From contig CAZFHY010000001.1 of the NCBI GenBank assembly GCA_964519305.1, positions 32,001 to 96,000 on the forward strand: DNA of 64,000 nt. Direction: 5' to 3'. The stretch comes from Candidatus Undinarchaeota archaeon (lineage in GTDB: Archaea > SpSt-1190 > JASMDC01). The notes under the pieces were generated by a model. That model saw nothing but the letters and a program-made list of their open reading frames with translations. It was not told the origin of the DNA and did no database searches. Below are positions 54,212-64,000 of the stretch, piece by piece; position 1 is the first letter of the stretch, and each line of letters starts with the position of its first letter. A program made the position numbers and the translations under genes.

Positions 54212-55609
54212 TCAGAGCTCACGGCACGTCTGTATCACATCGGGGATCATGTCGAGCAGGTCGCTCGCGACCAGCCCTTCACCTCTCAGTTCATATGCCT
54301 CGTCGCCTGCAGAGCCGACAGTGAACGCGGCCGCGCAAGCCGCATCGAAGGGATTCCCGCAACGAGCGAGGTATGCCGCCGTCACTCCGGCCAGGACGTC
54401 CCCGGTCCCACCGACGGTCATGCCCGGGTTCCCCGTCCGATTGTGCTTCACCTGCTCGCCGTGCACGATGAGGTCCTCCGGCCCCTTGAGCAGCACGCAC
54501 GCTCCAGTATGCTCCGAGAAGGACGCCACTGACCGCTCATCGGCCCGTGTGTCTGCTAGCCGTTTGAACTCACCACGATGGGGCGTGAGCACGACTTCGC
54601 GCTGTCCGAGCACGCCCTCCCGACCGGCCACATGGTCCAGTGCCGAAGCGTCAAGAACAAGCGGCTGGTCGGTCGATGTTAGGACCGCGTCCATCGCGTC
54701 AGCGGCCTCCTCACCGGTCAGGCCCGGCCCGGCCAGGATGACATCGACCCGCGATGCCAGGCGTTTCAGTCGTCCCCCGTCAAGACCTTTTGCAGTGATC
54801 AGGTCGGGTGTCAGAGCATTGATCGCCCAGGCGACACGCTCTGGCGCGGCCACGTACACGAGGTCGGCTCCCGCGCGCAGGGCAGCGAGACCGGCCAAGG
54901 CAGGAGCTCCGGTATAGTCCTCGGAACCGCCCACGACGAGCACTGACCCTCCGTCACCCTTGTGCGCGTCCCTTGCGCGTACCGGGAGCGCGTACACGTC
55001 CCCGGGTCCGCAGGTGACAAGTGTCTCGGGTGAGAATATCGGGTGTACATGGACATCCCCGGACATACCCTTCTTCTTCTTGTGGAAAGTGATGGTCCGG
55101 TTTGCACGTACGTAGACATCGCCGTGCTTCCCCGTGTCCGGGTCCACGCCCGATGGGACGTCGACGGCCACGACATCGGCGCCCGATGCATTGACCGCCT
55201 CAAGTAGCTCCCTGGCAGGTGACCTCACCTCGCCACGGATGCCCGTGCCGAACACGGCGTCCACGATGACGTCGAACCCGGATAGGTCGGGTACGGGAGG
55301 CACCAGGGCAGGGGGAGCCGTCAAGAGCCCGTGGTTCAGGCGCGACTCGGATGTCGTCGGTTCGCCCAGGGTGAATACGGAGCTTCCCGGGAAAAAGCGG
55401 GCGATTACGTACCCGTCGCCACCGTTGTTCCCTCGTCCGCATACCACCGCTAGTTTGCTTGGATCGAGGTCCGGGTAGCATGCATGTATATGGTCAGCGG
55501 CACCGGTACCGGCCTTTTCCATGAGCACCTTACCGCCCTCTCCGAGCCATGCTGATGTGAGCTCAAGGCTCCGCATCTTACGAGCGGTGATAGTGTCCCC
55601 CGGGTCCAT
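54212..55609 (-). CDS. nnr: Bifunctional NAD(P)H-hydrate epimerase/dehydratase
   Basis: LMEKAG, CGRGNNGGDG, DAVFGTG, DVPSG, HKGDGG, GGS..YTGAP, LTPH.GEF, GGTGDVLAG. Confidence 0.92.
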   Translation of the reverse strand: MDPGDTITARKMRSLELTSAWLGEGGKVLMEKAGTGAADHIHACYPDLDPSKLAVVCGRGNNGGDGYVIARFFPGSSVFTLGEPTTSESRLNHGLLTAPPALVPPVPDLSGFDVIVDAVFGTGIRGEVRSPARELLEAVNASGADVVAVDVPSGVDPDTGKHGDVYVRANRTITFHKKKKGMSGDVHVHPIFSPETLVTCGPGDVYALPVRARDAHKGDGGSVLVVGGSEDYTGAPALAGLAALRAGADLVYVAAPERVAWAINALTPDLITAKGLDGGRLKRLASRVDVILAGPGLTGEEAADAMDAVLTSTDQPLVLDASALDHVAGREGVLGQREVVLTPHRGEFKRLADTRADERSVASFSEHTGACVLLKGPEDLIVHGEQVKHNRTGNPGMTVGGTGDVLAGVTAAYLARCGNPFDAACAAAFTVGSAGDEAYELRGEGLVASDLLDMIPDVIQTCREL

Positions 55610-55662
55610 GGTGTGTCATGACCCGACCAAGGCTTAAAAAACTTGGAGGATGTGCCGCGATC

Positions 55663-56289
55663 ATGCTATCTCTTGACGACGGGAAGCTCCTCGTACGAAC
55701 GGCTCGAGCGGTCCTCGAATCCCAGCTTGGGGGCGATGTGGATGTGCCCTCCCTCCCGAAGCACTTCAAGGGGAAACGGGGTGTCTTCGTCACTCTTCAC
55801 ACACATCCCGATGACGAGCTGCGGGGTTGCATCGGATTCCCGCTACCTATCCTGCCCCTCGACGAGGCGGTTGCTGAGGCCGCAATCTCGGCCGGGACCC
55901 GGGACCCGCGTTTCCCGCCTGTCAGGCTCGCTGATATGGACCGGATCATCGTCGAGGTGTCGGCGCTGACACCGCCCGAGACCATCGAGACCAAAGATCC
56001 CAAGGACCGGGAGAAGGAGGTGGTCATCGGCCGTGACGGGCTCATCATCAAGTATGGTATGTTCTCGGGTCTGCTCCTGCCCCAAGTACCCGTGGAACTG
56101 GGCTGGGACGTCAATACCTTCCTCGAGCACACGTGCCTCAAAGCAGGGTTGACCGCCGATATGTGGCTCGAGCCCCGCGCCCAACTCCAGCGGTTCCAGG
56201 CCCAGGTCTTCAGCGAGACGTCCCCCAGGGGCAAGGTCGTCGTCAAGGAAGGTGTCACGTGCGGAGGGGATGGTGAGGACGATGAGTGA
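55663..56289 (+). CDS. AMMECR1 domain protein (TIGR00296/AmmA-like)
   Basis: GVFVTL, LRGCIG, DPRFPP, GLLLPQV, C.KAG. Confidence 0.9.
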   Translation: MLSLDDGKLLVRTARAVLESQLGGDVDVPSLPKHFKGKRGVFVTLHTHPDDELRGCIGFPLPILPLDEAVAEAAISAGTRDPRFPPVRLADMDRIIVEVSALTPPETIETKDPKDREKEVVIGRDGLIIKYGMFSGLLLPQVPVELGWDVNTFLEHTCLKAGLTADMWLEPRAQLQRFQAQVFSETSPRGKVVVKEGVTCGGDGEDDE

Positions 56290-56965
56290 CGCTCCAAAGT
56301 TCCGGTTCGGCTGCCTCAAGGACTGTTCCCGGGCCGAGCACTGCTGCCGTCGGGAGATAGTCATCACCCTCCAGGACCTCGAACGATGGGGTCGCGACAA
56401 CACCCTTATGCTGCTATTCCCGCACCTGCAATACGAGCTGGTCGGCGGTACCATGCCGCGCATCACTATCAAGCGAGGGGAGGACGGAGTATGTCCCCTT
56501 CTCCATCGCGAGGGCAATGCATGCACCGTCGCCCACGCACGACCTCTGAACTGCGAGGCATATCCCCTCGGCTGGTCCGGAACGGCCTACTACATCATGG
56601 ACCGCGAGTGTCCAGGTCTGGGGGCCGAGGAGATGACGGTCTCTCAATTGGAAGAGATGCGGGGCAGGGCTCAGGCAGAGCACGATGCCCGGACGTTCTC
56701 GGGCTCTGTGCTCCCCATCGTCCAAGCGGTACTTATGGGATTCTTCGAAGAACAGTCACGAATAGCTATGGACGCCATGACATCCGACGAGAAGGAAAAG
56801 ATGCGAAAGATGTTCACCGATGTGGCCGAGCGCGGGGCCGTGACAGCGAAGGAGAAGGCCGAAGAGGCAAAAGAGGCCGCGGAGGATGCCAAGAAATCAG
56901 CCGAAAAGGCCGCCGAGGAAGCTGCCAAGGCCATCGACGAGAGCAAGAAGTCAGATGAGAGCTGA
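56282..56965 (+). CDS. YkgJ-like CxxCxxCC cysteine-cluster protein
   Basis: FRFGC..DC....HCC, CPLL....CTV..ARP..C.AYP, CPGLG; charged helical tail. Confidence 0.8.
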   Translation: MSDAPKFRFGCLKDCSRAEHCCRREIVITLQDLERWGRDNTLMLLFPHLQYELVGGTMPRITIKRGEDGVCPLLHREGNACTVAHARPLNCEAYPLGWSGTAYYIMDRECPGLGAEEMTVSQLEEMRGRAQAEHDARTFSGSVLPIVQAVLMGFFEEQSRIAMDAMTSDEKEKMRKMFTDVAERGAVTAKEKAEEAKEAAEDAKKSAEKAAEEAAKAIDESKKSDES

Positions 56966-56983
56966 GCCGGGGCCAAGACTTCG

Positions 56984-58372
56984 ATGAGCAACCGTATCCG
57001 TCTTGACGGAGCGTCCGCGCGGAATCTGCTCTCAGGATGGGAACGCATATTCCTTGCGTCCGATCCCGATGACAAAGCGTTAATAACGGCCTTCCATCGC
57101 GTCGAGGCCTACCTCATGCGTGTACCGGACGAGCTCGAGGTAAATGCATCGGGCCACATCAGCCCTGCGCTCCAGCGTGCAATCGCCCTCACATCCAGGG
57201 GGCGCCGAGCACTGGGTCGAACCGAACCTCCATCACCTGATGAGGCGAACGCCATCCAGTTCATCAACACACTGCTAACGGCCGAACGGAGCGGCCTCCC
57301 CTCGATCGAGGAGCGCTACTCGGTGTTCGTCTCTCGCGAACAGCTGGACGCGCCCGAGGGATGGTTCGAGAGCCCTTGGAGCTGGAGGACGCGTCGGTTG
57401 CTCCACATCATCACCAGTAAAGAGGAAGGCCAAGCCCTTGTCGAGGATCTGGAGAACGGCGTGGTTATCGGGTACGATCTTGAGACCAGGGAGGAGACGA
57501 GACAGGTCAATGTCCATCCCCTCTACCGCCGCATCGTACCGGCTGAGCGCAAGAGGACCTTCATCGAAGGAGTGACGTTCACGGTGGAGGCGTCCGACGA
57601 TGTCAGAACCCGGGTGGAGGCGGTGTTCGAGGAACTTATCGAGCCTCTGCTCGAGTGCGAGCGCTTCCTCGCCATGTACAGGCTCCGCACCGTGTCGTCG
57701 GCGCTGATGAGCAGCGTGGTCATCGCTGCCCCCTTCGTTGTCCTCGGGTACTTCGCTGATTTCTACATCCTTCCTGTGGTCGTGGGCATCGGCGTGACCG
57801 GCATCATGTGGAAGGTGCTGGAGATCACCATCCGCTATATGGAGGGCAACCTCGACACCCTGATGCAGTACCGTCAGATGCGCATCGAGTGCGAGAAAGG
57901 TGGCGTGGGCGAAGAGGAGGTCGCCGCCGCGCGGATGGGTGTGTTCGCAAGCGTGTCCGGACCCGTGCTGGCCATCGCCTCGCCCGCAGTAGGAGTTGTG
58001 GAGTCGTCGGTGGGGTACTCCGTGACCGCAGCTGCCAACGCGACATCGGACAACTTCTCCTCGGCCGTCCAGAAGGCCAGGTCCGACTGGTACAATGAGA
58101 AAGCCTTCGGGAGCACCCAGACCCGGACGAGGAACATTGTGCTCGATATGTACGTGACGGGGAACATCCTCGGCTCATTCACCATCCTCTTCTCGGACGT
58201 GGGGGCACGGCGGGTGCTGGCCCCGGGGCTCTTCGAGTTCCTGCGCATAGTCTCGTGGGAAGGGTTCGTTCTGGGGATGATGGATTCCGAGGTGGCCACA
58301 ATCCTCACCAAGGTAATGATCGTGTACCAGAAAAAGAAATGGATGCGACGGTTCGACCAGCACCTCGTATGA
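56984..58372 (+). CDS. Hypothetical membrane protein
   Basis: 462-aa ORF with several hydrophobic segments in the C-terminal half. Confidence 0.65.
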   Translation: MSNRIRLDGASARNLLSGWERIFLASDPDDKALITAFHRVEAYLMRVPDELEVNASGHISPALQRAIALTSRGRRALGRTEPPSPDEANAIQFINTLLTAERSGLPSIEERYSVFVSREQLDAPEGWFESPWSWRTRRLLHIITSKEEGQALVEDLENGVVIGYDLETREETRQVNVHPLYRRIVPAERKRTFIEGVTFTVEASDDVRTRVEAVFEELIEPLLECERFLAMYRLRTVSSALMSSVVIAAPFVVLGYFADFYILPVVVGIGVTGIMWKVLEITIRYMEGNLDTLMQYRQMRIECEKGGVGEEEVAAARMGVFASVSGPVLAIASPAVGVVESSVGYSVTAAANATSDNFSSAVQKARSDWYNEKAFGSTQTRTRNIVLDMYVTGNILGSFTILFSDVGARRVLAPGLFEFLRIVSWEGFVLGMMDSEVATILTKVMIVYQKKKWMRRFDQHLV

Positions 58373-58427
58373 CGCACCTTACTGCGAGCCAGCAGATATA
58401 AAAGTCCTAACCGCGGTGGATGGCTCG

Positions 58428-59129
58428 ATGACAGTCCAGCCCCATCTCAAGGTCGAGAAGGTCCCTCCCAACGTGGTCATCACCGGCGATCCTAAACGAG
58501 TACCGCTTTTCGAGGAGAAGCTCCGGGAACCGAGGAAGCTGGCCTCCAACCGGGAGTTCGAGATTATCGCAGGGACGTACTGGGGTGCGGAGATTTGCGT
58601 ATGCTCCACCGGTATCGGTGCACCCTCGGCAGCCCTTGCCGTAGAAGAACTGGCCAATGCCGGTGCGAAGCGCATCCTTCGTCTCGGGACATGCGGTGCC
58701 ATGAGACGGGGGATCGAAATGGGCGACCTCATCATCCCCACGGGGGCTATCAGGGACGAGGGTACCAGCGACCGGTATATTGACCAGGGTTTCCCGGCCG
58801 TCCCGAGCCACGAGCTCATCCGGGCATTGTGGAACAACAAGCCCGCACACCTCCCCTGTCACGGCGGGATAGTGTGGACGACGGACAAGTTCTATCTCTC
58901 GGAGGAAGAGCTGGCGAAGTGGTACGACACCACGGTCGCCGTGGAGATGGAGTGCTCTGCGCTCTTCGTCGTGGCCCGTATGCGAGGTCTAGAGAGCGGT
59001 GCGCTCCTCGTCGTCGACGGCAATCTACCCGAGGGCCGGCTCAAAGAGCGATTGGACAGGCCCGAGGAGTTCGACGTGGCCCTTCACAAGGCCGTGGTCA
59101 TGTCGCTCGAGGCACTGGCTAGGGGCTAA
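58428..59129 (+). CDS. Nucleoside phosphorylase (PNP/UDP family 1)
   Basis: GDPKRV, NREF, STGIGAPSA, RLGTCG, VEMECSALF. Confidence 0.88.
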   Translation: MTVQPHLKVEKVPPNVVITGDPKRVPLFEEKLREPRKLASNREFEIIAGTYWGAEICVCSTGIGAPSAALAVEELANAGAKRILRLGTCGAMRRGIEMGDLIIPTGAIRDEGTSDRYIDQGFPAVPSHELIRALWNNKPAHLPCHGGIVWTTDKFYLSEEELAKWYDTTVAVEMECSALFVVARMRGLESGALLVVDGNLPEGRLKERLDRPEEFDVALHKAVVMSLEALARG

Positions 59130-59154
59130 CGCTCCCTAAGTGCGTGGGTGCGGA

Positions 59155-59877
59155 TCAGATCTCGCTGCCCAGCCAGCTGAATATGTTCAAGGCCAGCTGC
59201 TGGTGGTTGGGGTCCGCAAAGGACTCGTTGGCGAGCACGGACCCATCGCCGAGGGCAATGATCCGACCACTGCCGTACTGGGCCGCGACCATCACAGGGA
59301 CGTAGCCGTACTGCTCCCCGACGTCGTACTCCGAGTCACCGTCCACGTCCTTCCAGCTCCGCGGCCCGCCCCAGGCCACGATCTGGTTCTTGTATGTGGG
59401 ATTGATCGAGCATCCGGAGGTCATGACGAAGTACTGGACCTGATTCACGATGGGGTAGTTCCGGTTGAGCCCGGTTATACGGATGTTGTGGGCGCGCTTC
59501 CTTCCTGCCTTGGTTGGCTGGATGTTGTCAGCATCACACACACGGTCCTCGTTGAAGGTGATCCCGAACTTGCGAGCGAGGATGTTGAGGTTCTTGGCGT
59601 TGTCGAAGATACCACCCCACTCGGCCAACATGAGCAGGCCTCCACCGGACTGGACGAACCGGACCAGGAAGTCGACCTCGTCGGTGAATATCTTGTTCTT
59701 GGGGAACGCCACGACCGCTATGTCCACCTCAAGGTTCTCCAGCGGTTCCGTGAGCTGGCGCAACTTGTGGCCCTTGCGCTCGAGGAGGTCAGCGAGCTTG
59801 GAAAAGCCGTTGTTGTCCTCGTCATCGATGGAGAAGTTCTTGGGGTCCTTATGAGCTTCGTCGAACCCGATGATCAT
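59155..59877 (-). CDS. GIFT-fold (GldG/IFT52/DUF4350-like) domain protein
   Basis: IGFDEAH...GFSKLADLL..G, P....T.EV..L..FV..GGGLL, LN.L...FGI.F, G.GRI.A.GD. Confidence 0.65.
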   Translation of the reverse strand: MIIGFDEAHKDPKNFSIDDEDNNGFSKLADLLERKGHKLRQLTEPLENLEVDIAVVAFPKNKIFTDEVDFLVRFVQSGGGLLMLAEWGGIFDNAKNLNILARKFGITFNEDRVCDADNIQPTKAGRKRAHNIRITGLNRNYPIVNQVQYFVMTSGCSINPTYKNQIVAWGGPRSWKDVDGDSEYDVGEQYGYVPVMVAAQYGSGRIIALGDGSVLANESFADPNHQQLALNIFSWLGSEI

Positions 59878-59920
59878 GAACGGAAGAACGCGCCGAAATA
59901 TTATAAATCTAGCCCCAAGC

Positions 59921-60427
59921 TCACGCCAAAGAGAGCTGACCTTGTGTCCATAAGGCCAGTAGGACGAGCCCCGCCAGCGAGCAGATGACGCCTCCGGCAC
60001 GCAGCACTTCCCGGGAGCGCGCGAAACCAAAGTGGCGCACGAGCGTCATGGGCGCCATGGGCATCCACAATATCACCTGGCCTCCCAGAAGGAGACCGGC
60101 AGCTCCGGAGGGGACACCGAATAGCATAGCGATGAGCACAAGTGAGACCACCAACCCGAACCGGAAAATCAGTCCCAGACGGTAGCGAAGGGTATACCCG
60201 CGAGCATAGGTGACGGCCACGAGCTCATGCTCACCCAGCATGTTCCGCAGTCGGCCGAGAAGCTCGCCCCTGTCCTCAGCTTCGATCAGATACACACCTG
60301 CGAGACGGCCAAGCTCGAAAGGATCCAGGTCCTCGAGCTTGGTGGGAGCCTTCCGGGCCTTATAGGGATGGGTCGCTTCGTCACCCTCGACAATATGCTC
60401 CTCATGGTCGTCCTCGTCCGACGTCAT
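59921..60427 (-). CDS. Hypothetical membrane protein
   Basis: Acidic N-terminus, about three C-terminal TM helices. Confidence 0.55.
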   Translation of the reverse strand: MTSDEDDHEEHIVEGDEATHPYKARKAPTKLEDLDPFELGRLAGVYLIEAEDRGELLGRLRNMLGEHELVAVTYARGYTLRYRLGLIFRFGLVVSLVLIAMLFGVPSGAAGLLLGGQVILWMPMAPMTLVRHFGFARSREVLRAGGVICSLAGLVLLALWTQGQLSLA

Positions 60428-60430
60428 AAC

Positions 60431-60715
60431 TCACTCCGTTTTTTCTATCGGGCGGACTATCTCGACATGCGCAATAACGATGTCCCGCTGGACGGTGAAG
60501 CCCTTGAGCGCGATCCCATCGGTGCGGTGCATGAAGGGCATGAGATCGCGAAAGAGCTGGCGGGTCACGTTCTCCATGGACGTGAGCGGGGTGCGCAGCT
60601 CCACTGTCACCTCACGCACGACCTCTACGAGGTCGTCCGCTCGCCCGGGCCTATAGAGGAACATGTCGCCCAGATGTACCGGTCCATCAACTTTCCCCGC
60701 TACTATCGCGCTCAC
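60431..60715 (-). CDS. Hypothetical small protein
   Basis: GTG at 60715 preceded by GGAGGAGGT; operon context. Confidence 0.55.
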   Translation of the reverse strand: MSAIVAGKVDGPVHLGDMFLYRPGRADDLVEVVREVTVELRTPLTSMENVTRQLFRDLMPFMHRTDGIALKGFTVQRDIVIAHVEIVRPIEKTE

Positions 60716-61283
60716 ACCTCCTCCACATGATCCATATCCGCTGGACGACGGTGACACAGGTGAGCGCACAGAGGAACATTATGAACGGTACAAGGTAACC
60801 TATGTCCCAGTGGGAAAGGCCGCATCCGAAGGCCAGTACCACAAGACGTTCGGCACGCTGCCCAAGACCGCCCATGGGCACTTCTTCCAACAGGGATTCG
60901 GCCCGGGCCCGTGTATAGGACACCATCAGGCTACCGAACAGGGCCAGCATGCACCATATGGCCGGTACTGATCTAGATAGCAGCAGTCCTGTCAAGATGA
61001 ACATCTCGGTGAACCTGTCCACGACCGAGTCAATGAATCCGCCGAAGGTCGAGACCGTTCCGGTAATCCGGGCGAGCGCACCATCAAGCACGTCGAATAT
61101 ACCAACAAGTCCGATAGCGAATGCAGCGTACAACCACATCCCCTTAACGATAAGGAAGCTGGCACCCAATGCAGTAATGAGCCCGCACAGGGTGAACACG
61201 AAGGGGTTCGTGGTAATCGACATAGTAGATCGAGCTAATGACTCGAAGAACGGAGCTAACTGGGGTCTAAGCTGTGAAAGCAT
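60687..61283 (-). CDS. CDP-alcohol phosphatidyltransferase (archaetidylinositol phosphate synthase-like)
   Basis: FDVLDGALAR.....FGGFIDSVVDR, MVSYTRARAE, RAERL. Confidence 0.9.
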   Translation of the reverse strand: MLSQLRPQLAPFFESLARSTMSITTNPFVFTLCGLITALGASFLIVKGMWLYAAFAIGLVGIFDVLDGALARITGTVSTFGGFIDSVVDRFTEMFILTGLLLSRSVPAIWCMLALFGSLMVSYTRARAESLLEEVPMGGLGQRAERLVVLAFGCGLSHWDIGYLVPFIMFLCALTCVTVVQRIWIMWRRCERDSSGES

Positions 61284-61292
61284 GCAGTTACC

Positions 61293-61475
61293 TCAGCGGT
61301 AGTGGCCAACATCGTTGGAGTCGTGGGATATCTCGACGAACCTCTTATAGGCCTCGAGGGCCATGTCCACGTCGGTCTGTGTGATCTCACGCGGTTGTTT
61401 GATGTTCACACCGCTCATGGATATGGAAAGCTGTCCGGTCTCGGCGGCATCCCCTTGCTCCTCTTCCTCAGGCAT
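61293..61475 (-). CDS. Small acidic hypothetical protein
   Basis: 60 aa, downstream of a TATA-like element, first gene of the phosphatidyltransferase operon. Confidence 0.5.
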   Translation of the reverse strand: MPEEEEQGDAAETGQLSISMSGVNIKQPREITQTDVDMALEAYKRFVEISHDSNDVGHYR

Positions 61476-61574
61476 AGGTGCCCGGTGTGGTTCAAAGCTT
61501 TATGAACCTTCTTTTTTTTACCCCCCTCTCGGTCGTAACGAATCTTATTGTAGTGCGGATGACGATATATCGAC

Positions 61575-61805
61575 ATGGAACCGAACCTCCGCACAGGCAT
61601 TATCGCCGCGGCCGCACTGGTCGTCAGCGCGCTCCTACTATTCGCAGCAGGATCCCTCCGCGGTACGCTCATCGCACGAAGCGCGGTCCAACAGGGGAGC
61701 TGTCAACAGAACACGACCTTGGACGTCGCACCTGGCACTGTCACTGATGCCGGTGAGGTCCCCATCGTTCGCGACCTGCGCGCATCGGGGGGTGCCAGTG
61801 CATGA
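61575..61805 (+). CDS. Small membrane/secreted hypothetical protein
   Basis: N-terminal TM helix; ATGA overlap with the next gene. Confidence 0.45.
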   Translation: MEPNLRTGIIAAAALVVSALLLFAAGSLRGTLIARSAVQQGSCQQNTTLDVAPGTVTDAGEVPIVRDLRASGGASA

Positions 61806-62701
61806 TCCGCCAATCCCATCGGGTTGGTTTCGTGACGATGGTGCTTGTAATGGTCATTGCCTCGGCAGCTTCGCCACCCAGTGACATAGCGATCACCCTG
61901 ACTGTCCCCTCTGAAGTGCCTGCGTACACGCGAGCCAACATCACGCTGGCCATCAGTAATCCGGAAGGGGAGCGGTGCAATGCGTCCTATTACGTGAAGC
62001 TCTCGGACATTGATACCAAGGAGGAGCTGCTCAGGCCCATCGAGCACGAGGATGTACTCGACGGTGATGTTGTCAGGACCGCTCTGCCATTACTGGTGCG
62101 GTCGGGGAGCTACCGGGTGTACGCCGCTCTGTCGTGCCGTAGATCGGACGGGACGGTACGCCGCACATCAACACGGACCATGGATGTACTCCCGCAGGGG
62201 CTGCGAGTATCAGCAGGGCACGCCGATGACCTGGGCACCATCCTCGTACCTGCTGCCGTTGGTCGGCTAGTTCTCAGGTTCGCCGAGGTCATCACTGACG
62301 CGGACGGCAACATGGCATGGTCACGTCCGCTCAACGTCACCGTGACGCTTGACGGGGATACCGTTCCTCTCGACAAAGACGGCGTGGCCGTGGTCACTGT
62401 TACTGCCGGCCGCCACATTCTATCAGTGGACGGAAGGGATGAGGAGGTGACCGTACCGCCGGGCGAGACGGTCCACCATGTCAGGGAGGTCCCATCCTCC
62501 TATGGTTTGGTACGCGGCCGGTTGGTAGAGCGTGTTATGGACGGTGACGTGGTAGTGTGGAGCCAGATGCTCGCTGGACGGGTGGTGTATATCTACCGTG
62601 GTACTGTGCTGGCCGCCACGACCGATACGGATGACGAGGGAAGGTTCCTGGCGGTTCTACCCCCCGGGCGGTACGATGTCTACGCAGCTCCTTTGTCATG
62701 A
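61802..62701 (+). CDS. Secreted beta-sandwich protein with C-terminal carboxypeptidase-regulatory-like domain
   Basis: Signal peptide; TDTDDEGRFLAVLPPGRYDV. Confidence 0.6.
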   Translation: MIRQSHRVGFVTMVLVMVIASAASPPSDIAITLTVPSEVPAYTRANITLAISNPEGERCNASYYVKLSDIDTKEELLRPIEHEDVLDGDVVRTALPLLVRSGSYRVYAALSCRRSDGTVRRTSTRTMDVLPQGLRVSAGHADDLGTILVPAAVGRLVLRFAEVITDADGNMAWSRPLNVTVTLDGDTVPLDKDGVAVVTVTAGRHILSVDGRDEEVTVPPGETVHHVREVPSSYGLVRGRLVERVMDGDVVVWSQMLAGRVVYIYRGTVLAATTDTDDEGRFLAVLPPGRYDVYAAPLS

Positions 62702-62766
62702 GTATGGAGGGTACACGCTCCTGTCATCAAGAACCACTGATACCACATCTCGCAGGATCCAGCGCT

Positions 62767-63999
62767 CTACTCCAATCCCTTGTAGAACTTGAGGAACTTC
62801 CCGAACGAGCGGAGCAGGTGCCTTGCGTCACGCCCGCCACGGACACGCGCGGCCCTTCGAGCCATGAAGGCAGGATCGAGGTAGAAGGTCCGATAGGCCC
62901 AGGTCGTTGCCTGCTTGACGTCATCTGCCGTGAACTCTGGGCGAGAGAGATGCCCGGTCTCGTCCAACCAACCCTTTCGGACGGCCTGCGAGTAGAGAGG
63001 TGTGTCTGGATATGGGAGGATTGAGCGGAATATCGTGAAGTCGGATCCGACCTCTCTGACGAAGCTCACGGTACGGGCCACGCTCTCCCATGTCTCCCCG
63101 GGGAGTCCAACGATGATGAGCGCGCCTGCTGCGATCCCCGCCTCATGGACCGCGGAGAACGCGTTGCGTACCGTACCGAGGTCCACACCCTTCCCCGTGG
63201 AGCGAAGGATGTCAGGATCGGCGCTCTCCACACCTATGTCTATTCGGAAGCACCCTGCACGAGCCAGTGCCCCGGCGACCTCCTTGTCGAGACCATCCGC
63301 ACGGGCGGTGATGACCCAGTTCACGTCAAGGTCCCGTTCCTGAAGCTCACGAGCGATACCAAGGACACGGTCGCGATCGTGAAGGAAGTCCTCGTCTATC
63401 ACCCGGAACTCGCGGACACCCAGGCGTTCGCTGACCTCCTGGAACTCGTCGGCCACGTTCTCAGGGCTCCGTCCTCGCCATTCGCGACGTTTCGAGAAGC
63501 TCCGCGAGCAGAAGCTGCATCGATGGACGCATCCCCTGCTGGTGACCATGTTCGTGTAGTGCACGTCCTCCTTTACCAGATAGTGGATGTATCGATCGAG
63601 AGGGAATAGGTGCCTTGCGGGAAAGGGGAGAGTATCGAGGTCGGTATGCGGTCGATCAGGATTGACGATCGTCCGGCCACGGTCGCTCCAAACGAGCCCA
63701 TCGACGCGGGCCGGGTCCCAAGAGCCGGACAATAGGTCCGAGATCATTCCCTCATGATCATCGATCGAGATCGCATCGACTACGTCGAGCGCTCTCTTAT
63801 GAAGAGATGGACCGATGAGTCCCATGAGCACCAGCCTTGTGTCAGGAGCGACCTCCCGTATCGCCCGGGCGTCGGTCAGCACAGGCTCAATGGATGTCGA
63901 CGAGGCAGGTATCACGATGGCATCTGGGTCCTGCTGCTCAACTTGTCCGAGCACATCATCGAAGGGCGTCTGCAGTGCGTTAGCGTCCATGACGGATAC
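62767..63999 (-). CDS. Cobalamin-binding-domain radical SAM protein (5' end probably outside window)
   Basis: DLDTLPFPARHL, TSRGCVHRCSFC, IGVES, IVGLPGET. Confidence 0.9.
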   Translation of the reverse strand, partial: VSVMDANALQTPFDDVLGQVEQQDPDAIVIPASSTSIEPVLTDARAIREVAPDTRLVLMGLIGPSLHKRALDVVDAISIDDHEGMISDLLSGSWDPARVDGLVWSDRGRTIVNPDRPHTDLDTLPFPARHLFPLDRYIHYLVKEDVHYTNMVTSRGCVHRCSFCSRSFSKRREWRGRSPENVADEFQEVSERLGVREFRVIDEDFLHDRDRVLGIARELQERDLDVNWVITARADGLDKEVAGALARAGCFRIDIGVESADPDILRSTGKGVDLGTVRNAFSAVHEAGIAAGALIIVGLPGETWESVARTVSFVREVGSDFTIFRSILPYPDTPLYSQAVRKGWLDETGHLSRPEFTADDVKQATTWAYRTFYLDPAFMARRAARVRGGRDARHLLRSFGKFLKFYKGLE

Positions 64000-64000
64000 C

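Noticed and set aside
58428-59129. Second nucleoside phosphorylase in the window
   Set aside because: Multiple PNP/UDP paralogs are routine in archaea.

Overview
A GC-rich chromosomal segment from an archaeon. Supporting signs are BRE/TATA promoters, an A1-U72 tRNA-Gln with a BHB intron, ftr, porGDAB, smc, an AMMECR1 gene and an archaeal CDP-alcohol phosphatidyltransferase; the lineage cannot be fixed from sequence alone. The left 17 kb is the most unusual part. It holds three tandem paralogous microprotein genes missed by the ORF track, each with its own promoter, and a membrane-anchored HTH regulator. It then has a type IV pilus-like locus whose assembly ATPase is fused to a 16-Cys polyferredoxin. 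That locus is divergently coupled to an operon of two surface proteins and a tandem tubulin/FtsZ-like pair, one intact and one degenerate. The middle holds several structured intergenic elements, an arrestin-fold miniprotein, an RHH regulator with a visible operator, a NapG/NapH/DUF362 cluster, two tRNAs, nfeD-SPFH, udp, smc and a 2196-aa modular adhesin. The right third is mostly housekeeping (U32 family, pyrG, por, nnr, radical SAM). No CRISPR array, rRNA operon or transposase was seen. All family calls are from motif recognition by eye; no searches were run.
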